Positions 49,279 through 60,505 of a stretch of 64,000 nt of DNA are shown piece by piece. This DNA is from Antedon mediterranea (taxonomy: Eukaryota > Animalia > Echinodermata). The position numbers and the translations under genes were made by a program. The notes below the pieces were generated by a model. The model was not told the origin of the DNA. It saw nothing but the letters and a program-made list of their open reading frames with translations, and did no database searches. The stretch is taken from the NCBI RefSeq assembly GCF_964355755.1, contig NC_092673.1, positions 18,225,648 to 18,289,647 on the forward strand. The letters run 5' to 3'. Within the stretch, counting starts at the first letter, position 1; every line of letters begins with the position of its first letter.

Positions 49279-50100
49279 TTAGGAAAGCTCATTAATATTC
49301 ATGAGATATTCACAAAATCACGTCATCAGTGGATTCCAAACTCGCGACGTCATGTACGTTGTGTTTGTCGACTAATTTACATCTTTCTCCCCTCTCAAAC
49401 GACGACCACCCGATCATTGTGAAATACATTTTTTGTAGATTTTCTAAGCTAGAAGGCCTAAAGTGTAATAATAACAGTAGTAGCATATATTTATTTGACA
49501 TTTAATGAATACAAAATTTAGTACAGATCATAGAGTCATAAATTGTACTATTTTTACCTCTATAGTACAGATCGTATTATCGGCTTCACGTACTAGGCCT
49601 AACCTAAATCATTTTTTTTATGGGTGAGAGCCATTCTGACTACCGTAGGGATTCCATGTGATGATGGCTACGTTAAAACATTGGGGCCCGTGGGCCTAGC
49701 TAGCCTACTAGACGATTGGCCCATAAATAACAAAACTCAGTGGATTCCAAACCCATCCTATCAACCAAACTCCTAAACAATCTAAACCTAAAACGTTCTA
49801 CAAAATCGGCTGTATGTAAATATTGAGGCAAAACAAGGTCTGATCGCCGTCCGCACGTTATGGTGTCCCGCGATCGTCTACTGTAAGTAGGCCTAAAATA
49901 GTTTACTCTCCAAAAAAGCGGATACTGCATCAAGCAAGTTGACCTAGTAGTAGGAAGGAGACCTAGCCGATCCGGAACAGTTAAAAATTGAGCTAGCTAG
50001 TGTAGTAGACCCTATGCGAATTGATACTACCAGGCTATTTACTATAGGCTACACTTGTTAAAATTAGCAATACTATGCTCACCAATATTCCAACTCTCTC

Positions 50101-52983
50101 CAGGGCTCGCAGAATCCTAAAATATTTGGTTGCCCTTCGGGCAAGTAGGTTTTAGATTTTGGTTGCCCTCATCATTTTTTTACTTGCCCACTATTTTAAC
50201 TTAATTTTAACGTTTTATACCGCGACTGCACCGCGAAAAAACGTCGGTGAAAAACGCCTATGCTTAATACACTGTGGTGTTTTTTCCGATGGATTTTAAA
50301 GTAGTGTAAACAATTTTTCAAATTTTTTCAATTACACAGTGATGTAGGCCAATCTTTTAAGAACATTTTACAGTAATTTATTTTCTCATACGATCCTCCG
50401 TACAAGAGTTGCGATTGTTTAATTAACATGGTGTCCTGAAATCCCTTGAAAACGCTATGTTATTTCTGTTGGTTACGCTTCGTTGCACGGCATTGTTTGT
50501 CATCGATCGAAGATGTGTTCCGTTTCGTGAATGAAAAAGGCGTATTCACGTCACGTGGGTTTACTTTGGGAGCAAAAACGTTTTGCTTCTATTGTGCAAT
50601 GAAATTCCGAAATCAAGCTATTTTGCGATATTTAAAATGTAGTGGCCTAGACATGGCACTAATTATCTTACAATTATTTAATAGATATATCTAAAATATT
50701 GCCTATAGAAATGTAGGCCTCCTAGGCCTAAAAAGTTTAAACAAAGTACTTATGAAGGTGTAGACTTGCTCCAAGTCTGTATTGTTTTTTTTAATAATTT
50801 ATTTGTTTTTATTTCGACCGCGATTTTTGTCTGAAAATACAGACTTGTGAAACACGTATAGAAATCGATTTGCAGACCGCAAACAACTGATAAGAATGAC
50901 GTAGGTTATCATACCGTATTTGGCTATATGGGGCGGGCGGTATGTAAATATGGATTTCAAATCAACCAATGATCATTTTGTTTCAAAATGAAAAAGATCG
51001 AGTACGTACAGTGCTGAATGTACGATCGAGACTGTTGAAATAATGAAATCGTGTTGCCAAGTTGTTTTGTTTATTAATTGTTTAGTCCTTAGCCTAGGCC
51101 TCGCACGTATGATGATCTGCCAAATAAAACGCCAATAAGAGGTAGGCCTACATACCACCACCGGCACACAACAGGATTCACACACAACAGACAGGGCTAC
51201 GACACCCGCTACACAGAACAGGACAGGGTCTAGGTGGGATTTAAATCAAATTATCTCCGCGTAATATTAAATGATCCATTCAATGTTTGATTTGCGGAGA
51301 AGCAAGACGAGTTTTCATGTTCTTGGGGAAAATCCTATCAAATGTTTACCAGACTACTACTAGGCATATAAAATCATTTCTAGCCTTCAGAAACTTTCAT
51401 CAATGTCCCGATCAATGTACCCAAGTACATTGTCTAAACGTAACATAGCGCATGCGTACCATCTTAGTTGTTGAGTCTTTGAAATTCTGAAATATGAATA
51501 TTAAAACAGTGTACGAGTGAGTAGCCAATCGCATGCAGCTGAAACTAGTCAACCGGATAATCTATGCACCAAGAATTCTTGGTGTCAAACCACGTGACTT
51601 TTGCGTGTTTCCCCAGACGGAGTATCCAAACTCAAGTAATACACGTATGAAACGCCATATGTGCAAAAATGTTTATATTTTTACTAATATTAAGAAAAAA
51701 ACTCCGTCTGGAGCCCAGACTAATGAAGGTGATGAGCTTGTAACGCGTTGAAATCATAGAGAAGAAAAAAAAAACAAACATCAACTGACGTCCGTATACG
51801 TGACGTGAAACAATACGCATGCGTATAGCAAAAAACCTCACAGCAGCTGCCGTACGTAGTAGGAGCACATGGGCACGGTGTGTGGAGAGTGCGGGCTTGT
51901 GGAAGTTTACTTGTTGTTTCAGTAGAAGCTCGCACAGGTTGGATAAAAACAACCATCTGCTCGCACAAGTTGGTGATTGAAAACACAAGGGAACTGTGCC
52001 GAATTGTGGTGAAAACCACGTGCTCCGCCAAGTTGGAGTTTTTGAAAGTTCAACTCTCGGCGATACCCGAAGAAGTGTATTGTTTTCAATGTTGATAATA
52101 AAAAATATACTGTAACTATTTAAGTATTCAATGTATTTATTAAATAAATTATTAGGCCTATTAAATTTATATTCTGTAATATTTATTAAAAAAATGGTAG
52201 GCCTACTTGGCCGTGTTAAAAACATCGGCCGCCGCCTATTTGGCACAGACAATTAAAATTACGTATCTATTATAATAATTTAATAATATACTGTGTATTT
52301 TCAATACAACTGTACATTTGAACAATAATTACAGTAATTCAGCAAATTATTTATTACACACAAAATACATAACATGAATGTAATTAAACATAGGCCTAAT
52401 CTACTATCAGGCTGTAGGCCACATAATTAATACTAAGTAGTAGATTCAGATTTTATTACCACCGTAAAATGATGTCGATAATTGAGAAAAACAAAAACAT
52501 ACTAGCCCCTATTTTATTTGGTTTATAGTATAACTAGGGAGTTGTTAATTAGAAACTCCCTGGTATAATAACTTCAAATAAGTTAAAAGCCGAGAGTTCA
52601 ACGCTTCCTATTTCGCGATCAATGGATGCCGCAAGAGACCGCGTGCTATATGACAGACCTGGAAACTCTATACGCAACGACTTGATACGCCCGACTGCAT
52701 AGAAACACATGTTTTGGCTCCTGGAGATAACGTTCCATACCACCGAATTCCGATCCATACATTTACTTAACAAACACTACACTGGTCTCGACGTCAAGAG
52801 AATTCGTTCGTGCGCGACTATTATTTTCATTGTTACAGTTTTTCACAACCCCTGTAAAACATCGTGGACATTTTCGGTGATTTTAAGAGGTTGCCCGTCG
52901 GGACATGACATGTTAAATTTTAGTTGCCCGACGTATTTATTTGGTTGCCGCGGGACGTCGGGCAAGCGATTCTGCGAGCCCTG
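50101..52983. mobile_element. Non-autonomous hAT-like DNA transposon with apparent 5-bp TSD
   Basis: Perfect 16-bp TIR cagggctcgcagaatc; flanking ctctc repeat; subterminal ttgccc/gggcaa motifs; no transposase ORF. Confidence 0.85.
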
Positions 52984-53007
52984 CTCTCATTCGATCTCTA
53001 TTATCTA

Positions 53008-53590
53008 TAAGATACCACTCCGGTAGGTCGAGTCGACCTTCAATGAAATACTGTACATCGTTCATGTTGTGATTATAGACGGGGTATACTCGACCCGACC
53101 AGTTTGGTATTGTATACTGTACCTGCTTATCATGTGACGATGTCAGGCATGGGCAGAGAGCATGTGTATCGCTCCTCAGCAGCAGGAATGTACAGTATAC
53201 GTTACGCTTCATTGATTTTGAAGGCTTTTCCCTAAGTCAGTGCTGAAAATCGGCAAACGTAAACTGAATCTCCAAATGATTTGACACAATTGTGATGAAT
53301 TTTCATAGAAAATTGACTTTATAAATGGGAAGACCGACTAAAATTACATCAGATAAGTATAATTTTACAAAAGTAATTGATATGGTTAACGAGTCGTCGG
53401 AAGATTGACCATTTCACGAATTTCCTATTCTGTAACCACAGTGTGATTTTGCCGTAGCTGCACTTGTAATCTGGCCTCATTTCACAGCCTTCGTTCTGCT
53501 TCACTGGGCGCTTATATAAATTGAAACTTTTACCGTTGAAGAGACAAACAAATATATTTTATATAATTTTAAACCGGAACCCCCCTTTAA
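53008..53590. mobile_element. Possible Kolobok-like non-autonomous element
   Basis: Weak terminal inversion aagataccactccggt / accggaacccccctt with TTAA on the right. Confidence 0.3.
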
Positions 53591-54056
53591 TGTTCATGCT
53601 CGACTCATTATTGAGGAGATCGGGCCTCCAGTAAAAAAGAATTGACAAGCAGAGAGTCGACCCCTGCAACCCTGCCTCTAGGCCTATACCCTCATCAATA
53701 CACCACCGATCCATCCAGCTTGTTGATCGAATCAGGTTTTACTTTATATAATATGAATAGAGAACAAATGTATTATGTAAGCATTTTAACCAACCAATCA
53801 GAACTGAGTTGACGTTGTTTCTATACTGGTGTCACCACATAACAAACAGGCCTTCCATGGGGTTTCCCTGATCTCACAACATTCAAACACAGTGTTGTGG
53901 TCTTTCATTTTTAGAAAACACAGTCTTTCATTTTCATGATGTATTAAATAACTACAATGCACTGTAAAGTTTGATGTGATGTGTAAAAAATGACAAAACT
54001 TTTCTATTTAATAATGAAATTTGTTTTAACAATTTGAGAACTTGGAATGCACACAG

Positions 54057-54500
54057 CAGGGGCGGATGCAGGATTTTGTGAGAGGGGGGGGGGGGGCGCA
54101 ACTGTAGAAAGTCCACACCAACTCAGCCCCACCATGGTTGGGGCTGAGGTGAGGCGATTTTGAAAATGTTACACCTCTAGATGGTCAGAAATGGCACTCT
54201 CGCGTTAAATAAATGTAAACAAAAATTGATATTTTAAATATGAAAACTGAGGTACTAGCCTATTAAAGGGTAACATTTTCCCTATAGGCCTATTTTGAGT
54301 AAAAGCGTCACAACAGGGCATTTCGCGCTAGTCAGCGTTTGCACGTACATGGCGGAAAAAGGTGCTTGTCCAGGGCCGTCGACAGGAACTGTGGCGAAGC
54401 GAACTTTGTTAAATGACGCCCCAGATGGCCGGAATAAATGATACGCTCGCACATAAAATTCATGATAAATGGCACCTCTAATTTGCAGGAAAAGACACTC
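54057..54500. mobile_element. hAT-like transposon end fragment
   Basis: caggggcggatgcaggattt terminus; shares cagcccaccatggttgggg..ttttgaaaa with the 19729 element (near 20308). Confidence 0.5.
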
Positions 54501-55252
54501 TTATATGTAGCATGCTACTTTTTCCCTCCAATAAACACACGTGACTAATTACAGGACGATATAACATTTTGTATTTTGTTTTGATTGTGTTGCGTTTGTT
54601 ACATGCAAGGCACAAACAGAAGATAGGCAATACAATGGATATTAGTTATATACTCTAGTCTACGTTTTATTCTTCAAACAGAAAAGCAAAAGATAACAAA
54701 ATCAATTAAAATGATTATAAAGATAAAGATTAATTAATAATATAAAATAATTATCAAAGTATAAGATGGTGGTAACACACAATCAAAATACATAAAGAAA
54801 TTCAAGCCCAAGGCTAATATAAAGCTTTACTTCAGTTGTTCAAAACAGTCAAACAGACTCCTAGATACTTCAATAGACTTTAACAGCATTTAGTTTAGCT
54901 ATGTCAGTATTCGTATTAGGACTGATTAAATATGGTTAATGTACCACTATTTATATTCTTATGCAGGATATATGATGATCTCATCAAATAACTTAAAGAT
55001 GATGAAATTGGTTTTAAGATGAAATTCAAATGACATCATCATCTTAGTATGAAGTTGTTGTAACAATTTCCTTATATGGAATATGAAACAAGTGTCTCTG
55101 ACAACTTGAGTTATGAGCAGTCTCCTAGGTACAATTATTAACAACCTGGTTACTGAACTTTGGTCTAGTCTACAACCAATATAATATATACAGTACAATA
55201 CTACCGTATGGTAAAGTGATAATAATATAATAGTATAAATGTATCTCCTAAC

Positions 55253-56935
55253 ACATGGTTGTAATGCCTGCAAGCTATTCAGCTTTTACAACTATGTCAT
55301 GGTTGTATGCCTACAAACCATTCAGCTTCTGCAATTATGTCATGGTTATATGCCTACAAACCATTCAACTTCTGCAACTATGTCATGATTGTAATGCCTG
55401 CAAACCATTCAACTTCTGCAACTATGTCATGGTTGTATGCCTGCAAACCATTCAGCTTCTGCAACTATGTATGTCATGGTTGTATGCCTACACACCATTC
55501 AACTTCTACAGCTATGTCATGATTGTAATGCCTGCAAACCATTCAACTTCTGCAACTATGTCATGGTTGTATGCCTGCAAACCATTCAGCTTCTGCAACT
55601 ATTTTATTTTTTTTAATTTTTTATTTTATTCAATTTTCAGGCAAACATACATGACAACACAGCGGTGCAGCACCCTGAGGATTGCCATGAGTGCAAAGCA
55701 CTATCGAGATGGCTTTCCATATACTGCATACAACCATGACATAGCTGAAACCATGTATGTCATGGTTGTATGCCTACACACCATTCAGCTTCTGCAACTA
55801 TGTCATGGTTGTATGCCTAAAAACCATTCAGCTTCTGCAACTATGTCATGGTTGTAATGCCTACAAGCCATTCAGCTTCTGCAACTATGTCATGGTTGTA
55901 ATGCCTGCAAGCCATTCAGCTTCTACAACTATGTCATGGTTGTAATGCCTGCAAGCCAATCAGCTTCTGCAACTATGTCATGGTTTTATGCTTATAAACC
56001 ATTCAGCTTCTACAACTATGTCATGGTTGTATGCCTGCAAACCATTCAGCTTCTACAGCTATGTCATGGTTATATGCCTGCAAACCATTCAGCTTCTACA
56101 GCTATGTCATGGTTATATGCCTGCAAACCATTCAGCTTCTACAGCTATGTCATGGTTGTATGCCTGCAAACCATTCAGCTTCTACAGCTATGTCATGGTT
56201 ATATGCCTGCAAACCATTCAGCTTCTACAGCTATGTCATGGTTATATGCCTGCAAACCATTCAGCTTCTACAGCTATGTCATGGTTGTATGCCTGCAAAC
56301 CATTCAGCTTTTGCAACTATTTCATGGTTGTATGCCTACAAACCATTCAGCTTCTTCAACTTTGTAATGGTTGTATGCCTGCAAACCATTCAGCTTCTAC
56401 AGCTATGTCATGGTTGTATGCCTACAAACCATTCAGCTTCTACAGCTATGTCATGGTTATATGCCTGCAAGCCAATCAGCTTCTACAGCTATGTCATGGT
56501 TATATGCTTATAAACCATTCAGCTTCTACAACTATGTCATGGTTGTATGCCTGCAAACCATTCAGCTTCTACAGCTATGTCATGGTTATATGCCTGCAAA
56601 CCATTCAGCTTCTACAGCTATGTCATGGTTATATGCCTGCAAACCATTCAGCTTCTACAGCTATGTCATGGTTGTATGCCTGCAAACCATTCAGCTTTTG
56701 CAACTATTTCATGGTTGTATGCCTACAAACCATTCAGCTTCTTCAACTATGTAATGGTTGTATGCCTGCAAACCATTCAGCTTCTGCAACTATTTCATGG
56801 TTGTATGCCTACAAACCATTCAGCTTCTTCAACTATGTAATGGTTGTATGCCTGCAAACCATTCAGCTTCTACAGCTATGTCATGGTTGTATGCCTACAA
56901 ACCATTCAGCTTCTGCAACTATGTCATGATTGTAA
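55253..56935. repeat. Minisatellite, 43-bp unit, interrupted at about 55600-55755
   Basis: atgtcatggttgtatgcctgcaaaccattcagcttctgcaact. Confidence 0.95.
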
Positions 56936-57389
56936 TAGTTGTGAAGGTTATTGGTATGTAGGTTTCTTCTTCAGCAGGCCTACTTGTTGGCTCTTGTGAG
57001 TTGGTCTCAATAGAATCGCCCATTTGTCTAAAATAATGCTTATTACTGCCTGGAAACACACAGATGTGCGGCAAACTCGACTTTGTCAAATCGATTGATC
57101 GATGATAGTGATTACAATTTTTTAGTGTAAGAGGCCAATTGCGTCCTTAATGTTCCACTGAAAAATATCCGGAAATGCTATTTCTGCTGGGATAATAGCG
57201 ACTACACAACGATCAGATGTTACTGAGCGTATGCAGAGTTTTTTTTTACTCAATAGTTGCTAATGTTTAAGCAACAAAAATAATAAATATTGTATATCAT
57301 AATATTTTTAAATTTTTAAAATCATTTGAATCAACATTTTTCTAATAAGAATAAAACTACATGATTCAAATAGTAAACAGGAAGTGCGA

Positions 57390-57507
57390 TTTTTAGTAGC
57401 GTGGACGCGACTTTATAGTTCACTATGTCAGTCGGTCTGTCGGTCTGTCTGTCGGTCTGGTATCACTATGCGTTTTAGCACGCGACTTATGGCTGTTGGC
57501 CTTGTTT
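57390..57507 (+). mobile_element. Short Helentron-associated (DINE/HINE-like) element
   Basis: T-rich flanks, subterminal acgcgact repeated, (gtcggtct)n microsatellite, ends ggccttgtt. Confidence 0.5.
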
Positions 57508-58466
57508 GTTATGTTACATTGTTAGTTTTTGCCAAACCATTTTATTGGGTTTTCAAACAGCAGAAAGTCACATGATGGTGTGTGTTGGCCTAGTGTATGT
57601 TTACTTGCGTTTTATTCACATGTATACAGACTTAAAAATGTTTTTAGACACGTACAATAAATTATCAATTCATCATAATATTCAAAACCATAACAATACC
57701 ATTTTCTATTAAATAGGCTGTATGCTAGGTTGATTATTATGAAAGTCATGTGACACGCAGAACGCGGTAAATTGTGTGTTTGTAATTTGCATAACAATAA
57801 ACATCTTCATTATACAGTTTGCATCCTTGCAATTATATTACTACAGTATACCAGAGAGAGTCAAGACATACATAGCCTACTAGTACTAGGGTAATTTTAT
57901 GGAGCAGTAATTTTGTTTTAGATTCAGTTGTAGCGTGAGTTATATCTATCATTATTTTATACTACAGTAATTTTATTTAATACAGACTGTTTTCTGTAAT
58001 CAGAAATAGCCAGTAGATAGCCATTAAACAATGCTATACTGGTTTAGCATAGAATATCAACCAACAGTAAAAAATTTTAGAAATACAGTATTGTCCAATT
58101 AAAACTAAAAAATTGTAAATAATATTCAATTGCATAAATGCAAATATAGTTTATTTTAAAAAGTGAAATAATGGAGCAAATTGCAGGCCGTAGTAGGCAG
58201 GCGTGTGGGGATTATGGTTTGGATGAACCCCTTTGTCTGCAAACCCTCATTTCACTGCAAACCCCTTCCCCACTAGCCCCCTATCTGAATTTGAAGTTTT
58301 CTCCGCATTTTCTCCTTCTTGGACTACCTAATGCCTGTGGTGCACCCTAACCTTGTGTTGCTCCCTTATGGGCCGGAATTGTAGTTTTAGTGGTTACATT
58401 CATACTTGGACAATGACTATAGTAAATATCTGTTGAAATTTCATGTTTAACTAAATTTGTTTATAC

Positions 58467-58860
58467 TGTAACGATTTTGATACCCCTCTTATTGTTATGG
58501 AATAGTCCTCTTAGGAGGCTTCTGATTGGTGGGTGGCTTTGTAATCTAAGGAGGAAGAAACCCACATGTGAGGCAGTGGAGCTCCAACCTTGAACCGGAA
58601 GAGTCATAAGTTTTAAAAACTATCTGATCCAATCCATACTAGGAATTACTTTGTACCTGAAGTTACACGCAATTATTAGGTAGGGCATACGAATATCATT
58701 TCTATTGTGTACTGTATTATCAGTTGTAAAATAAATAAAACATCTCCTGAATTCGTAACGGATTGTAGTTTGTGCTTCTGTACGTGATATTACTTACTTA
58801 TCGTCGTCGGAATAACACCGACGCCGAACCCGCATTACAACGAGGCAGGGAAACGTTACA
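58467..58860 (+). repeat. 5' LTR (394 bp)
   Basis: tgtaacg / cgttaca inverted ends, aataaa inside, immediately followed by the PBS; partner LTR not in window. Confidence 0.75.
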
Positions 58861-58861
58861 C

Positions 58862-58879
58862 TGGTGGCAGCGGTGGGAT
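58862..58879 (+). promoter_or_regulatory. Primer binding site complementary to tRNA-Leu 3' end
   Basis: tggtggcagcggtgggat is the reverse complement of ATCCCACCGCTGCCACCA. Confidence 0.85.
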
Positions 58880-58939
58880 TTAAGATTATTGTTGTTCTCA
58901 TTTTTGTAAGTAAATTATCCTTTGTTTGTGAATATTAGT

Positions 58940-60505
58940 ATGGAGGGGGATCTAATGAGTTTTAGTGATAGCCTTCTACTGGATGAACCCGTAGTATTAG
59001 AACCTGAACAAGCAACAGGTAGGCCTAGGCCTACGCTTGAAGACACAGGTTATACTGAACGTGAATCAGGTTACCAGTCAGTACGTGAGGATATTGCCAG
59101 CCGGGGTAAACAGATAGGTCGAGATTCGGAGCCACTCGAGGAGAAACGTGATACGCCTAGACCTAGGAAGAGTCGTGTTACGTTGTTCCAGGATGTACGG
59201 GGAGCCGGACGGGTATTTTCGGAATTAGGGGAAAGTCCAAATCTTATAGCCAAGCTTGAAGCGGGCTATAACACAGTAGAACCGTACGATATTCCAGTGG
59301 AACGAGAAGGCCTGAATATTTCGTTAGTTACGGAAACGGGTGGAAGTACGAAACGAGTTGTACGTGGTACGAGCCAGGCCAATAGCTTACCGAGCCTAGG
59401 CCGAAATGTTTCAGAGGTAAGTATGGAACCCGAAGATGGGCTATTGCAGAGTACGGTACGAGTAAACCCAACACCGACGTGTGTTAACAGTTATGTTCCA
59501 GTAGTGGGACATTCGAATCCGGTTACGAGTACGGTTAACCGACCGATGGTCCGGCCTAAAAGCCAGATTTCTAGGATAGAACCGGTAACAGTACCAGAGC
59601 AATTGCCGCCTTTGAAACGAGAGAATGCCATTTATGGACGGGAGGCATTCGAACGGGTATTTGGGGACGCTGTGAAGCGGCCGGTGATTAGTCCCGACCG
59701 GTACGAGGGAAAAGTTCCATGGCGTGAATACCGGACGCATTTTGAATCCTGTAAATTAGCAAATGGGTGGTCGAACGAGAAAGCAGCCACCTTTCTAGCT
59801 GCATGTTTGAAGGGTCCTGCCCTGGGGATACTAGGGAACTTTGGACCGAAAGGATACAGTTACGAAGAATTGGTAGAGTCCCTTGAACGTAGATTCGGGA
59901 CGGCACAACAGTCAGAGAATTATCTGATGCAATTAAGAATCCGCAGGCAGAAGGATGGGGAGACCCTGCAAATGTTAGGCCAAGTGATACGAGAATTGGC
60001 GAGCAGAGCCTATCCTACGATGCAGATGGAGGAGAAGGAGCGATTGGCGAAAGGGCATTTTATGGAGGCAGTAAGTGATCCCGAGGTACGAGAGGGGATC
60101 TTTAGATCTTGCCCAAACACACTAGACGATGCAATCTTAGCGGCATTGGATATAGAGGCATTTCAGCAGATGGAAAAGCAGCGCACGCCTATTCAAAGCC
60201 GAAAACAGGTACGAGCCAGTACGAGAGAGGAAAGTAGCGAAGGGCGGTTAAACAAGATAGAACGAGCACTGAACCAGTTAACCGAATTTATCACTAACAA
60301 TACCGGTAGCGGAGGAGAACGTCCTAGGAGCCGTGAACGAGGGAATTGGCGGAACCAGAATACAAGGACGGGTTGTTACCGTTGTGGTGAAATAGGGCAT
60401 TTTGCTCGAGAGTGCAAATCTGAACGACCGTCGGGAAACGATGGACAACCAACCACAGGGGCCGGTGGAAGGTTGGGAAGCGACGGAGGCCCACCCAAAC
60501 AGTAA
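58940..60505 (+). CDS. gag: Gag polyprotein
   Basis: ATG at 58940; capsid-like PDRYEGKVPWREYRTHFE..NGWS; zinc knuckle CYRCGEIGHFAREC. Confidence 0.93.
   Translation: MEGDLMSFSDSLLLDEPVVLEPEQATGRPRPTLEDTGYTERESGYQSVREDIASRGKQIGRDSEPLEEKRDTPRPRKSRVTLFQDVRGAGRVFSELGESPNLIAKLEAGYNTVEPYDIPVEREGLNISLVTETGGSTKRVVRGTSQANSLPSLGRNVSEVSMEPEDGLLQSTVRVNPTPTCVNSYVPVVGHSNPVTSTVNRPMVRPKSQISRIEPVTVPEQLPPLKRENAIYGREAFERVFGDAVKRPVISPDRYEGKVPWREYRTHFESCKLANGWSNEKAATFLAACLKGPALGILGNFGPKGYSYEELVESLERRFGTAQQSENYLMQLRIRRQKDGETLQMLGQVIRELASRAYPTMQMEEKERLAKGHFMEAVSDPEVREGIFRSCPNTLDDAILAALDIEAFQQMEKQRTPIQSRKQVRASTREESSEGRLNKIERALNQLTEFITNNTGSGGERPRSRERGNWRNQNTRTGCYRCGEIGHFARECKSERPSGNDGQPTTGAGGRLGSDGGPPKQ

Noticed and set aside
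51632-52252. 206-aa minus ORF inside the hAT-like element
   Set aside because: No transposase or other motif; likely a chance ORF
55255-56961. Overlapping Cys/Met-rich ORFs up to 313 aa
   Set aside because: 43-bp tandem repeat read in all three frames
56919-57050. Minus-strand acceptor and ATG (MGDSIETNSQEPTSRPAEEETY..)
   Set aside because: Stops after about 34 codons at the repeat edge; no recognisable domain
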